Below, one piece after another: positions 1 to 8,844 of a stretch of DNA of 64,000 nucleotides. Positions within the stretch are counted from its first letter, which is position 1; each line of letters starts with the position of its first letter. A program made the position numbers and the translations under genes. The DNA comes from Alphaproteobacteria bacterium (GTDB taxonomy: Bacteria; Pseudomonadota; Alphaproteobacteria; UBA828): assembly GCA_965214705.1 (NCBI GenBank), contig OZ243972.1:2912001-2976000 (forward strand), written 5' to 3'. The notes under the pieces are model-generated. The model did not search any database. It was not told the DNA's origin and saw nothing but the letters and a program-made list of their open reading frames with translations.

Positions 1-1396
1 CCTCGACAAGGTCTGCCTCGCCGAGGATGTCCCCCCGCCAGGGCGGCGGCGCGACCGAGACCAGGTCATCGTCCCGTTCTTCACAGGCAAAACCCAGAGC
101 CGAGAGGATGCCGAGCGACTCCGAGGGCTCGCAATCCACGCCGCCAAGCGCCTTGACCCTGGAGGGGCGGAAGGCGATCTCGCGCTGCCACGCGGGCTCC
201 GCGCCGGCGACCACGACCTCGCTCGCCTCGCCGCCGCAGAGCTCCATCACGAGCCGCGTCATCAGCTCCATGCCCGGCCCAGCGAAGGCCGGATCGACCC
301 CGCGCTCGAATCGGTAGCGGGCGTCGCTCTCCAGGTTGAAGGTGCGCCCGGTCGCGGCGGTGCGGACGGGGTCGAAGAGCGCGATTTCGATGAAGACATC
401 CGTCGTCTCCATCGTGCATCCCGTGGGCTCGCCGCCCATGACTCCGGCGAGACTGATCACGCCGCTCTCGTCGCCGATCCCGGTCATCGTGTCGTCGAGC
501 GTGTATTCCTTGCCGTTGAGCGCGGCGAACGTCGCGCCGCCCTGACCCAACCTCAGCCAGATGTCGCCCTTCACCTTGCCGGCATCGAAGACGTGCACCG
601 GGCGGTTGCGGTCGATGGTCAGGAAGTTGGTGAGGTCGACCAGCGCCGAGATCGGGCGCAGGCCGACCGAGGCGAGCCTCTCCTTGAGCCAGCGCGGGCT
701 CTCGCAGTTGCGCACGCCTCGGATGTAACGGCCGAGGAAGAGAGGGCAGGGGCTCGGCCCGTCGCCGGGGAAGTCGAGGATCACGTCGATGGGGCTCGTG
801 AACGTGCCGGCGACGGGCTCGATGTCGGTGCTCTTGAGACGGCCGAGCCCGGCTGCCGCGAGGTCGCGGGCGATGCCGTGGACGCCGAGGCAATCGGCAC
901 GGTTGGGCGTGATCGCGATGTCGAACAACGGGTCGTCCAGGCCCATCACTTCAGCGAAGGGCGCGCCCACCGGGGCTTCGGGGTCGAGCTCGATGATCCC
1001 CTCGTGCTCGTCGCTCAGACCCATCTCGCGCTCGGAGCAGAGCATGCCGCAGCTCTCGACGCCCCTGATCTTCGCCTTCTTGAGGACGACGCCGGTGCCG
1101 GGGATGGTGGTGCCGGGCGGGGCGAAGACGCCCTTCATTCCCGTCCGCGCATTGGGCGCGCCGCAGACCACTTCCACCTGTTCCGTGCCGGTATCGACCG
1201 TGCAAAGCCTCAGCTTGTCGGCGTTGGGATGCTGCCGCGCCTCGACCACGTAGGCGACGGTGAAGGGCGCAAGCTCGTCGCCGGGCCGGCGCACCCCCTC
1301 CACCTCGAGCCCGACGGCGGTGAGCTTGGCCGCGATGTCGTCCAGCGACGCATCGGTCTCCAGATGCGTCTTCAGCCAGGAGAGGGTGAACTTCAC
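1..1396 (-). CDS. pheT: Phenylalanyl-tRNA synthetase beta subunit (N-terminal part; runs off window edge)
   Basis: Not in the ORF track because it has no stop in the window. Manual translation from GTG at 1396 gives MKFTLSWLKTHLETD...QHPNADKLRLCTVDTG...VVCGAPN...GVESCGMLCSEREMG...ITPNRADCLGVHGIARDLAA; GTGA overlap with the pheS stop. Confidence 0.96.
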   Translation of the reverse strand, partial: MKFTLSWLKTHLETDASLDDIAAKLTAVGLEVEGVRRPGDELAPFTVAYVVEARQHPNADKLRLCTVDTGTEQVEVVCGAPNARTGMKGVFAPPGTTIPGTGVVLKKAKIRGVESCGMLCSEREMGLSDEHEGIIELDPEAPVGAPFAEVMGLDDPLFDIAITPNRADCLGVHGIARDLAAAGLGRLKSTDIEPVAGTFTSPIDVILDFPGDGPSPCPLFLGRYIRGVRNCESPRWLKERLASVGLRPISALVDLTNFLTIDRNRPVHVFDAGKVKGDIWLRLGQGGATFAALNGKEYTLDDTMTGIGDESGVISLAGVMGGEPTGCTMETTDVFIEIALFDPVRTAATGRTFNLESDARYRFERGVDPAFAGPGMELMTRLVMELCGGEASEVVVAGAEPAWQREIAFRPSRVKALGGVDCEPSESLGILSALGFACEERDDDLVSVAPPPWRGDILGEADLVE

Positions 1397-2469
1397 GCGC
1401 TCAGCCCCGCGGCCAGGCTCGGCACGTCGAACGGCGCGAAGCCGTAGTGGCGCAGCCAGCGCAGGTCGGCGTCGAAGAAGCTGCGCAGGTCCGGAATGCC
1501 GTACTTCAGCATGGCCGGGCGCTCAACCCCGATGCCGAAGGCGAAGCCCTGGTAGCGCGCGGGGTCGAGCCCCACGATCTCCAGCACCCTCGGGTGCACC
1601 ATGCCGCAGCCCAGAATCTCCATCCAGTCGGCGCCGTGGCCGATGCGCAAGCCGCCGCCTTCCCGCGAACAGCCGATATCCATCTCGGCGGACGGTTCGG
1701 TGAAGGGGAAGTAGCTCGGCCGGAAGCGCACCGGCAGGTCTTCGACCTCGAAGAACGCCCGCGCCAGATCGATCAGGCAACCTTTGAGATGGCCCATGTG
1801 GGTGCTCTCGTCGATCACCAGCCCCTCGATCTGATGGAACATGGGCGTGTGGGTCATGTCGTAGTCGCAGCGGTAGGTGCGGCCCGGCGCGATGATGCGG
1901 TGCGGCGGCGGCTCGGCCTGCATGTGGCGGATCTGCACCGGCGAGGTGTGGGTCCTGAGCAGCATGCGCTCGCCCGCCTGGTCAGCGCCGAAATAGAAGG
2001 TGTCGTGCATCTGGCGCGCCGGGTGCTCGGGCGGAATGTTGAGCGCCGTGAAATTGTGGAAGTCGTCCTCGATGTCCGGCCCTTCGACGACGCGGAAGCC
2101 CATGTCGGCGAGGATCGCGATCAGCTCATCCAGCACCTGGCTGATGGGATGAACCGTGCCCTCCGCCTCGGGACGGGCAGGTAGAGTGACATCCACACGC
2201 TCCGTCGCGAGGCGTTGATCCAGGACCGAGCGTTCCAACGCCGCGCGGCGCGCGTCCACGGCGTCGGCGAGCTTGCGCTTGATCTGGTTGAGCCTGACTC
2301 CCGCTTCCTTGCGGGCGTCGATATCGAGCCCGCCCAGGCCCTTCATCGCTTGTGAGAGAGGCGACTTCTTGCCGAGCGCGGCAACGCGCGCCTGCTCCAG
2401 TGCGGGCAGGTCGCCGGCCGCCTCGATCCCGGCCAGCATCCGCTCTTCCAGGGCGTGAAGGTCTTCCAA
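1393..2469 (-). CDS. pheS: Phenylalanyl-tRNA synthetase alpha subunit
   Basis: HPARQMHDTF, LRTHTSPVQ, HTPMFHQIEG, RFRPSYFPFTEPSAE, GFAFGIG motifs; start placed at TTG 2469 behind GGAG (the ORF track extends to 2577). Confidence 0.97.
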   Translation of the reverse strand: MEDLHALEERMLAGIEAAGDLPALEQARVAALGKKSPLSQAMKGLGGLDIDARKEAGVRLNQIKRKLADAVDARRAALERSVLDQRLATERVDVTLPARPEAEGTVHPISQVLDELIAILADMGFRVVEGPDIEDDFHNFTALNIPPEHPARQMHDTFYFGADQAGERMLLRTHTSPVQIRHMQAEPPPHRIIAPGRTYRCDYDMTHTPMFHQIEGLVIDESTHMGHLKGCLIDLARAFFEVEDLPVRFRPSYFPFTEPSAEMDIGCSREGGGLRIGHGADWMEILGCGMVHPRVLEIVGLDPARYQGFAFGIGVERPAMLKYGIPDLRSFFDADLRWLRHYGFAPFDVPSLAAGLSA

Positions 2470-2512
2470 GGACCCTACTCCGACGGCCGTGCCTCGCTGG
2501 CCCGGCGGCCGA

Positions 2513-2878
2513 TCAGCCGGTCGCGCCGTGCGCGCTCCGCGCCTGCTCCACGACGGCCGCGAACGCCGCCGGCTCACGGACGGCGAGGTCCGCCAGCACC
2601 TTGCGGTCGATATCCACCTTGGCGAGCGCGAGCCCGTGCATGAGCTGAGAATAGGTGAGCCCGTGCTCGCGGGCGGCGGCGTTGATCCGCTGGATCCAAA
2701 GCGCGCGGAAGCGGCGCTTGCGGGTGCGGCGATCGCGATAGGCGTATTGCAGCGCCTTCTCGACCCGCCCGAGGGCCACCCGGTAGCTGGAATGGCCGCG
2801 CCCGCGATAGCCGCGGGCCAGCTTCAGCACCTTCTTGTGCCGGGCGTGGTTGGTCACGCCCCGCTTTACCCGTGCCAT
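2513..2878 (-). CDS. rplT: 50S ribosomal protein L20
   Basis: MARVKRGV...YAYRDRR...[14 protein letters not shown]...[11 protein letters not shown]. Confidence 0.98.
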   Translation of the reverse strand: MARVKRGVTNHARHKKVLKLARGYRGRGHSSYRVALGRVEKALQYAYRDRRTRKRRFRALWIQRINAAAREHGLTYSQLMHGLALAKVDIDRKVLADLAVREPAAFAAVVEQARSAHGATG

Positions 2879-2899
2879 GGGGATGTTCCTCCGACGCGC

Positions 2900-3097
2900 T
2901 CAGAGATAGGGCAGGAACTGCCGCACGATCGCCGCATCCGGCGCGGAAAGCACCTGGGCGCCGCGCTGGTTGCGCTTCACCTTCTTCTCGCGCTTGGTCA
3001 GATTGTGGCGGTGGTAGGCGGCACGCCGACGCAGCTTGCCGCGCCCCGTGGCGGAGAACCGCTTCTTCGCGCTGCTCTTGGTCTTGAGCTTGGACAT
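2900..3097 (-). CDS. rpmI: 50S ribosomal protein L35
   Basis: [21 protein letters not shown]...RHNLTKR; lies between infC and rplT. Confidence 0.97.
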   Translation of the reverse strand: MSKLKTKSSAKKRFSATGRGKLRRRAAYHRHNLTKREKKVKRNQRGAQVLSAPDAAIVRQFLPYL

Positions 3098-3278
3098 AAG
3101 CGTCTCGCGATCGTCGTCGTTTCTCGAAAGGGTGGGGCACGCCGGGCGCGCGCCCTTGTACTCGCAGTGCTGGCCGGATTCAAGGGTAGATGCGCTGGCG
3201 CGGCGTTCGCGCCAGGTCGTCGCAAAATGGAGGCCGTCGCTGTGCTCGGCTACAAGGCGCCGGTGCGGCGCCCGGCGG

Positions 3279-3815
3279 CTACTTGCAGGTCATCACCATG
3301 GTCATCTGGCGGCCCTCCATCTTCGGCATCTGCTCGACCTTCGCCAAATCCTCGAGATCGTCGCGCACGCGCATCAGCACGTTCATGCCGATGTTCTGGT
3401 GCACCATCTCGCGGCCCCTGAAGCGCATGGTCACCTTGACCTTGTCGCCTTCGTCAAGGAACCGGCGAATGTTGCGCAGCTTCACGTCGTAGTCAGCCGC
3501 ATCGATGCCAGGCCGGAATTTGACCTCTTTGATATCGATCGTTTTTTGCTTCTTGCGGGCTTCGCTGGCCTTCTTCTGGGCCTCGTACTTGTACTTGCCG
3601 AAGTCGAGAAGCTTGCACACCGGCGGCTCCGCGTCCGGTGCGACCTCGACCAGGTCGAGCCCCGTCTCGTCCGCGAGCTCTAGAGCCCGCTCCACGGCGA
3701 CGACGCCGACCTGTCCTCCGTTTTGATCGATGAGGCGGACACTTGCCGCCTGAATGTCATCATTGACGCGCGGTCCTTCACGCGTCGGTGGTGCCGCGAC
3801 CGGATGTCTCGCTAT
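3279..3815 (-). CDS. infC: Translation initiation factor IF-3 (non-canonical ATA start)
   Basis: The frame of ORF 3279..3695 stays open upstream: [35 protein letters not shown]..., then [44 protein letters not shown]; GGGAG precedes ATA at 3815. Confidence 0.95.
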   Translation of the reverse strand: MARHPVAAPPTREGPRVNDDIQAASVRLIDQNGGQVGVVAVERALELADETGLDLVEVAPDAEPPVCKLLDFGKYKYEAQKKASEARKKQKTIDIKEVKFRPGIDAADYDVKLRNIRRFLDEGDKVKVTMRFRGREMVHQNIGMNVLMRVRDDLEDLAKVEQMPKMEGRQMTMVMTCK

Positions 3816-3880
3816 CCCCCGTCTCCCTTCATCGTGGCGCTAGACGGGCCGACGGCATCGTCATGGATAGTGTCGCTTCG

Positions 3881-5821
3881 TCAACCCGTTCCCTCCTGGG
3901 CGGCTCGCCGGCTGAGCGGACTGGCCGCTTGGTGGCAAAGTGTAGTGACGGCCTCGTCCAGCGCAAGAATTTCTTGATCCCTGGAGCCCAGGCGGCGCAG
4001 GGAGACTGTGCCCTGCTCGGCCTCCCGCGCGCCGACGGCGAGGATCAGCGGGATCTTGGCCGCGCTGTGCTCGCGCACCTTGTAGCCGATCTTCTCGTTG
4101 CGCAGGTCGGCGTCGACGCGCAGCCCGGCGCCCTGCAGGCGCGCCGCCACTGTCTTCGCGTAGGCAGCGTGTTGATCGGTGATGCTCGCTACCACGGCAT
4201 GCGTGGGCGAGAGCCAGAGCGGCAGGTGGCCGCTGTAATGCTCCAGCAGGATGCCGATGAAGCGCTCCAGCGAGCCGAACAGCGCCCGGTGCAGCATCAC
4301 CGGCCGGTGCCGCGCGCCGTCCTCGCCGATGTAACCTGCGTCGAGGCGCTCGGGCAAGTTCAGGTCGACCTGAAGCGTGCCGCACTGCCACTCGCGCCCG
4401 ATGGCATCGCGCAGCACGAACTCGAGCTTCGGCCCATAGAACGCGCCCTCGCCGGGATTGTGGCTGTAGTCGATCCCCATGCTCTCCAGCGCACCCTGGA
4501 GCGCAGCTTCCAGCTGGTCCCATACCTCGTCGGAGCCGATCCGCTTGGGCGGCCGGTCGGCGAACTTGATCTCCACGTCGTCGAAGCCGAAGTCGCGGTA
4601 AATGTCGAGGCAGAGCTCGGTCACGCCCCGGCATTCCTCCTCGGTCTGTTCCGGCGTGCAGAAGATGTGAGCGTCGTCCTGGCTGAAGGCGCGCACCCTG
4701 AGCAGGCCGTGCAGCGCGCCCGACGGCTCGTAGCGGTGGACCTTGCCGAACTCCGAGATCCTGAGCGGCAGGTCGCGGTAGCTCTTGATGCCGCGCTTGT
4801 AGACCTGCACGTGCCCCGGGCAGTTCATCGGCTTGATCGCGTAGTGCCGGCCGTCCTCGGTCTGCGAGACGAACATGTGCTCGCGGAAGGTCTGCCAGTG
4901 GCCGGAGGCCTCCCACAGCACGCTGTCCATCATGTCGGGCGTGCTGACCTCGTGATAACCGGCGGCATCTTGCCGCGCGCGCATGTAGTCGACGAGGGAG
5001 CGGAAGAGCGTCCAGCCCTTGGGGTGCCAGAACGCCGCGCCCGGCGCTTCCTCCTGAAAGTGGAAGAGCCCCATCTCGCGGCCAAGCCGCCGGTGGTCGC
5101 GCTTCTCGGCCTCCTCGAGCCGATGCAGGTAGGCCTTGAGCTGCTTGTCGTCCGGCCAGGCGGTACCGTAGATGCGCTGGAGCATCTCGTTCCGCGCATC
5201 GCCCCGCCAGTAAGCGCCCGCGACCTTGAGCAGCTTGAAGGCGCCGACCCTGCCGGTGGACGGCAGGTGCGGCCCGCGGCAGAGATCGACAAAGTCTCCC
5301 TGCCGGTAAAGGGTGATGGCCTCGTCCTCCGGAATCGCCGCGATCAGCTCCGCCTTGTAGAGCTCGCCCATGTCCTGGAACATCTCGACCGCGTCGTCGC
5401 GCGACCAGACCTCGCGCTTCACCGTCTCGTTCCGGCTCTTGATCTCGGCCATGCGCGCCTCGATCAGCTCCAGATCGGCCGGAGTGAAGGGTTCGTTGCG
5501 GGCGAAGTCGTAATAGAACCCGTCCTCGATGGCGGGGCCGATGGTCACCTGGACGTCGGGGTAAAGCTCTTTGACCGCCTCCGCCAGGAGGTGCGCGGCA
5601 TCATGGCGGATGACCTCGAGCGCGTCCTCATCGCGTGCGGTGACCACGCGCACCGCCGCGTCGTCTTCGATGGGCCGGGAGAGGTCACGCAGCTCGCCGT
5701 CGACCTCGACCAGAAGTGCCGCCTTGGCGAGTCCGGGTCCGATCGACGCCGCGAGGTCGGCGCCTGTCACAGGGGCGTCGAACGAGCGCGCCGCGCCGTC
5801 CGGCAACGAGAGTGTCGGCAT
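3881..5821 (-). CDS. thrS: Threonyl-tRNA synthetase
   Basis: N-terminal TGS domain, [50 protein letters not shown]; ATG at 5821. Confidence 0.98.
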   Translation of the reverse strand: MPTLSLPDGAARSFDAPVTGADLAASIGPGLAKAALLVEVDGELRDLSRPIEDDAAVRVVTARDEDALEVIRHDAAHLLAEAVKELYPDVQVTIGPAIEDGFYYDFARNEPFTPADLELIEARMAEIKSRNETVKREVWSRDDAVEMFQDMGELYKAELIAAIPEDEAITLYRQGDFVDLCRGPHLPSTGRVGAFKLLKVAGAYWRGDARNEMLQRIYGTAWPDDKQLKAYLHRLEEAEKRDHRRLGREMGLFHFQEEAPGAAFWHPKGWTLFRSLVDYMRARQDAAGYHEVSTPDMMDSVLWEASGHWQTFREHMFVSQTEDGRHYAIKPMNCPGHVQVYKRGIKSYRDLPLRISEFGKVHRYEPSGALHGLLRVRAFSQDDAHIFCTPEQTEEECRGVTELCLDIYRDFGFDDVEIKFADRPPKRIGSDEVWDQLEAALQGALESMGIDYSHNPGEGAFYGPKLEFVLRDAIGREWQCGTLQVDLNLPERLDAGYIGEDGARHRPVMLHRALFGSLERFIGILLEHYSGHLPLWLSPTHAVVASITDQHAAYAKTVAARLQGAGLRVDADLRNEKIGYKVREHSAAKIPLILAVGAREAEQGTVSLRRLGSRDQEILALDEAVTTLCHQAASPLSRRAAQEGTG

Positions 5822-5864
5822 GGCGGCGTCGTCGAATCCCTGCTTGCTCGGTGAAAGTCGCGGC

Positions 5865-5892
5865 ACTCTATCCAGGGCGCTTCGCCTGTCAA
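5865..5892 (-). promoter_or_regulatory. Probable sigma70 promoter of the thrS-infC operon
   Basis: TTGACA (5892-5887) N16 TAGAGT (5870-5865) on the minus strand, upstream of thrS. Confidence 0.55.
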
Positions 5893-5910
5893 GCAGAGCG
5901 GCATGTCCGC

Positions 5911-8113
5911 CAGGGCAAATTTGTCCAAGCGGCTGGTAGGCAGTTGAGTTCTGGCCACGGGTTGTGCGGATCGGCTTTGTTGCGGGGTTTGCGGCGGGGT
6001 CTGGCCGAGCATCCGGTTCGGTCAGAGGGTTCTGGCATTACCGTGTGGGCGGTGCGGGCGGTGCCGTCGCGATTTGGCGGTGCCCCGACATGATGGATCG
6101 CGCCACCGGCGTGGTCGGGAGCGAGGGCAGGTACGATCTTTGCGCCCGGCTTGCCGGGCGCCGGGGTTCAGGCCGGCGCGGCGCGCTTTGCGGTCCTCGG
6201 CTGGGTGTTCCCGGTCATTTTCAGGAAGTCGAGGACGGCGCGGACGTTGCGGGCGAGCCTGCGCACGGTCGAGGCGACCTCGAGCCCCCGGCCCTTGATC
6301 AGGCCGATGGCGAAGCGCCGCAGGCGGGTCATGTTCTCGGGGCCGAAGCCTGTGCGTATGCGGCTGCGGTCCTCGTCCCAGGTCCAGTCGAGGCAGTGGT
6401 GCGAGCTGTTCTCGATGCACCAGTGGCCGCGGTTGAGGGCGAGCAGGCTCTGCGCGTTGGCCGTGCCGGGCGTGTGGCTGGAGATCCCGTAGGCGGTCTC
6501 GGTGCCGGTCTCGCCGGTCTTCTTGTCCTGGCGGGAGCGCTCGATCATGAAGACCTGGCCGACGCCCGGGAAGTCGAGAAAGCCGTTCAACTCCGTGCTC
6601 GTCCAGATTGCCCGCTGCTCGATGCGTCCGTGCGACAGCGCGGCCTCCTCCTCGAAGTCGGGCTCACGCTCCGGCGCCTCTTCGAAGAGCAGCGTCACAT
6701 CGTCCCGCATGGTCTTCTGGTTCCCTTTCACGATGAACATGAAGTGCGCGCCCCGGTCGAGCAGGTAGCGGGCGAACTTGCGCTGGGTTAGCAGCGCGTC
6801 CGTCGTGACCGTCTTGCCCGCGATGTTCGGGATCAGGTCCACCAGCGCCGTCACGGTGCCGATCTCGTTGGTGCGCTTTGTCTCCTCGTCGGCCCCGACT
6901 TTCAGGAGAAGTTTTTTTGGGCGAGCGTGGCCTTGGTCTCGTGCCCGACCGCGCTCATGACATGAGCCTGGGTCCCGTCCTCGTCGATGGCCCCCCTCAG
7001 GGTCTTGCCGTCGATGGCAAGCGCCGCGTCGCCTGAGCCGTGGGCCTCCTGCCACTTGCGCAACGCCTCGTCCAACTGGTCCGGGTCCACCCGGATCACC
7101 ACATTGCGGATGGTCGACATCGAAGGCGGCCGGCGCACCCCGTCGCGCAGCCGCACGCCGAAGCGGGCCAGCGCCTTCTCGCCGAGATCGTCGACCCACT
7201 CGGACATGGCCTTCCAGCCTCGCATGCCGCAGAGCGTCGCGCCACTCGCAAGCGCGAGCACGCTGGGCAGCGAATGCCGCCGTCCCTTGCGCGTGCGGGG
7301 GTCGTCGATGTCCTTGAAGTAGGCGTAGAGCGACTCTTGCTGAGCGGCGCTGATCATGGTTCTCGGAACTCCTTTCTTCCACAACTCCCGATCCAGCCCG
7401 GCAGCGGACAGCCGGCGGCAGGCGTCGGGAACCAGGGGGCGCAGCAGCACAAGCTTCGGCGTCGAGCCGGCGACATAGCCCGAGCGGTGGCGCCGGAAGC
7501 CGCGGGTCTGGCCGACCGCCAGCCATCCAGCCGCCCGGTAGACCGTGCCCCGGAACCTCGCCGCGTCCACGAATGTTTCCAGCATCAGCACGGGGTGGCC
7601 GAAGCGGGCCGGCCAGTCGCGCGCCAAGCGCCGCGCGCAAAGCCCCAGCACCCGCGAGCCGAGGTTCGGAACACCCCGTCCCGGCAGGATCAGGAAGCGC
7701 GCGTTGTTCGCGATCAGATGCAGCCGCCCGTGCTGCGTGCGGAAGTCCCAGCCGATCCACTCGTCCCGCGCCCGGCACTTGCGCGCCGCAGCCGAAAACA
7801 CGGCCAGCGCCAGCCACTCGCCGCGCCGATGGGCGACGTACCACGCCGTCGCCCCCACCTTCGCAGACGCACCCAGGTAGTGATGCCCCTCCATCAGCGC
7901 GCGGAACCGGGCCTCGTCCTCCGGCCGGACAGCAGCGACATCGACCTCGGAAAGATCCACCGTAGAAACCGTCCCCCTGCTCGAAGCCGATCCGCAGCAG
8001 AACACCGCGAATCCAGTCGCCTCAATCCATAGCAGGGTTGGCGCGCGCTGACCAGACCCAAGGTCAACTCGTAGCGCAGAACTCAAAAATCAGGCTTGGA
8101 CAAATTCGCCCTG
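5911..8113 (-). mobile_element. Complete ISAs1-family insertion sequence (2203 bp)
   Basis: 20-bp terminal inverted repeats CAGGGCAAATTTGTCCAAGC (5911-5930) and reverse-complemented CAGGGCGAATTTGTCCAAGC (8094-8113); perfect 10-bp target duplication GCATGTCCGC at 5901-5910 and 8114-8123. Confidence 0.95.
6168..7960 (-). CDS. ISAs1-family transposase with N-terminal DUF4338 (DruA-like) domain, split by a -1 frameshift at 6911-6917
   Basis: Frame 1 (to 6902): HHYLG, RDEWIGW, NNARFLILP, ETFVD, GTVYRAAGW, GQTRG, then DPRTRKGRRH, LAIDGKTLRG. Frame 2 (to 6168): NEIG, TDALLTQ, KGNQ, HGRIEQR, RGHWCIEN, LDWTWDEDRSR. Confidence 0.88.
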
Positions 8114-8190
8114 GCATGTCCGCAGCAGTTGGCTGACTCGGATCAGGCAGATATGAGACGGCGCTCAAGCGAGAGGGATGGGAACGCACG

Positions 8191-8297
8191 ATGTCAGACA
8201 ACTACAGAGCACTCGTCGTCGACAAGCAGGACGACGGCGTCGGCGCCGAGATCAGGACGCTCACCGAGGCCGCGTCGTGGTCGACGTCAACAAGTAG
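8191..8297 (+). pseudogene. Short remnant resembling the N-terminus of AcuI/YhdH-type medium-chain oxidoreductase
   Basis: ATG 8191 after a purine-rich leader: MSDNYRALVVDKQDDGVGAEIRTLTEA, then in a shifted frame VVVDVNK*; similarity judged from memory only. Confidence 0.45.
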
Positions 8298-8299
8298 GG

Positions 8300-8770
8300 T
8301 CAACCGTAAAGGACGGCGGTGATCTCGTAAGTGTGGCGGCCGCCGGGGGTTTCAAGCTCAACGGAATCCCCGGTCGAGCGGCCGACCAGCGCCCGCGCCA
8401 ACGGTGAGGTTATGGAGAGCCGGCCCTCGCTTGCGTCGGCCTCGTCGGCGCCGACAAGCTGGTACGTGCTCTCAGCCTCGGTGTCCTCATCGACAATGGA
8501 GACCGTCGCGCCGAACTGCACGCGGTCGCCGGAAAGCGTGCTGGTGTCGATCACCTCGGCGCCGCCGAGCTTCGATTCCAGCTCCAGGATGCGGGCTTCG
8601 GTGAGGCCCTGGCGGTCTTTCGCGGCATGATATTCGGCGTTTTCCGACAGATCGCCGTGCTCGCGGGCCGCAGCGATCTCGCGCACGATACGGGGACGCT
8701 CGGCCTTCAGCCGGCTAAGCTCCTCCTTGAGGCGCTTGTGCCCCTCGGGCGTCATCAAATGTCTGTCCAT
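8300..8770 (-). CDS. greA: Transcription elongation factor GreA
   Basis: MTPEG...AREHGDLSENAEYHAAK...VQFGATV...YQLVGADEAD...SPLARAL. Confidence 0.97.
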   Translation of the reverse strand: MDRHLMTPEGHKRLKEELSRLKAERPRIVREIAAAREHGDLSENAEYHAAKDRQGLTEARILELESKLGGAEVIDTSTLSGDRVQFGATVSIVDEDTEAESTYQLVGADEADASEGRLSITSPLARALVGRSTGDSVELETPGGRHTYEITAVLYG

Positions 8771-8844
8771 CGTCGGACTGCCGCGCACCCGCGTTCGGGG
8801 CCGCGTCCCCTCCCGAGCCTTTCGATGATCTCCCGCTGCCGGCG

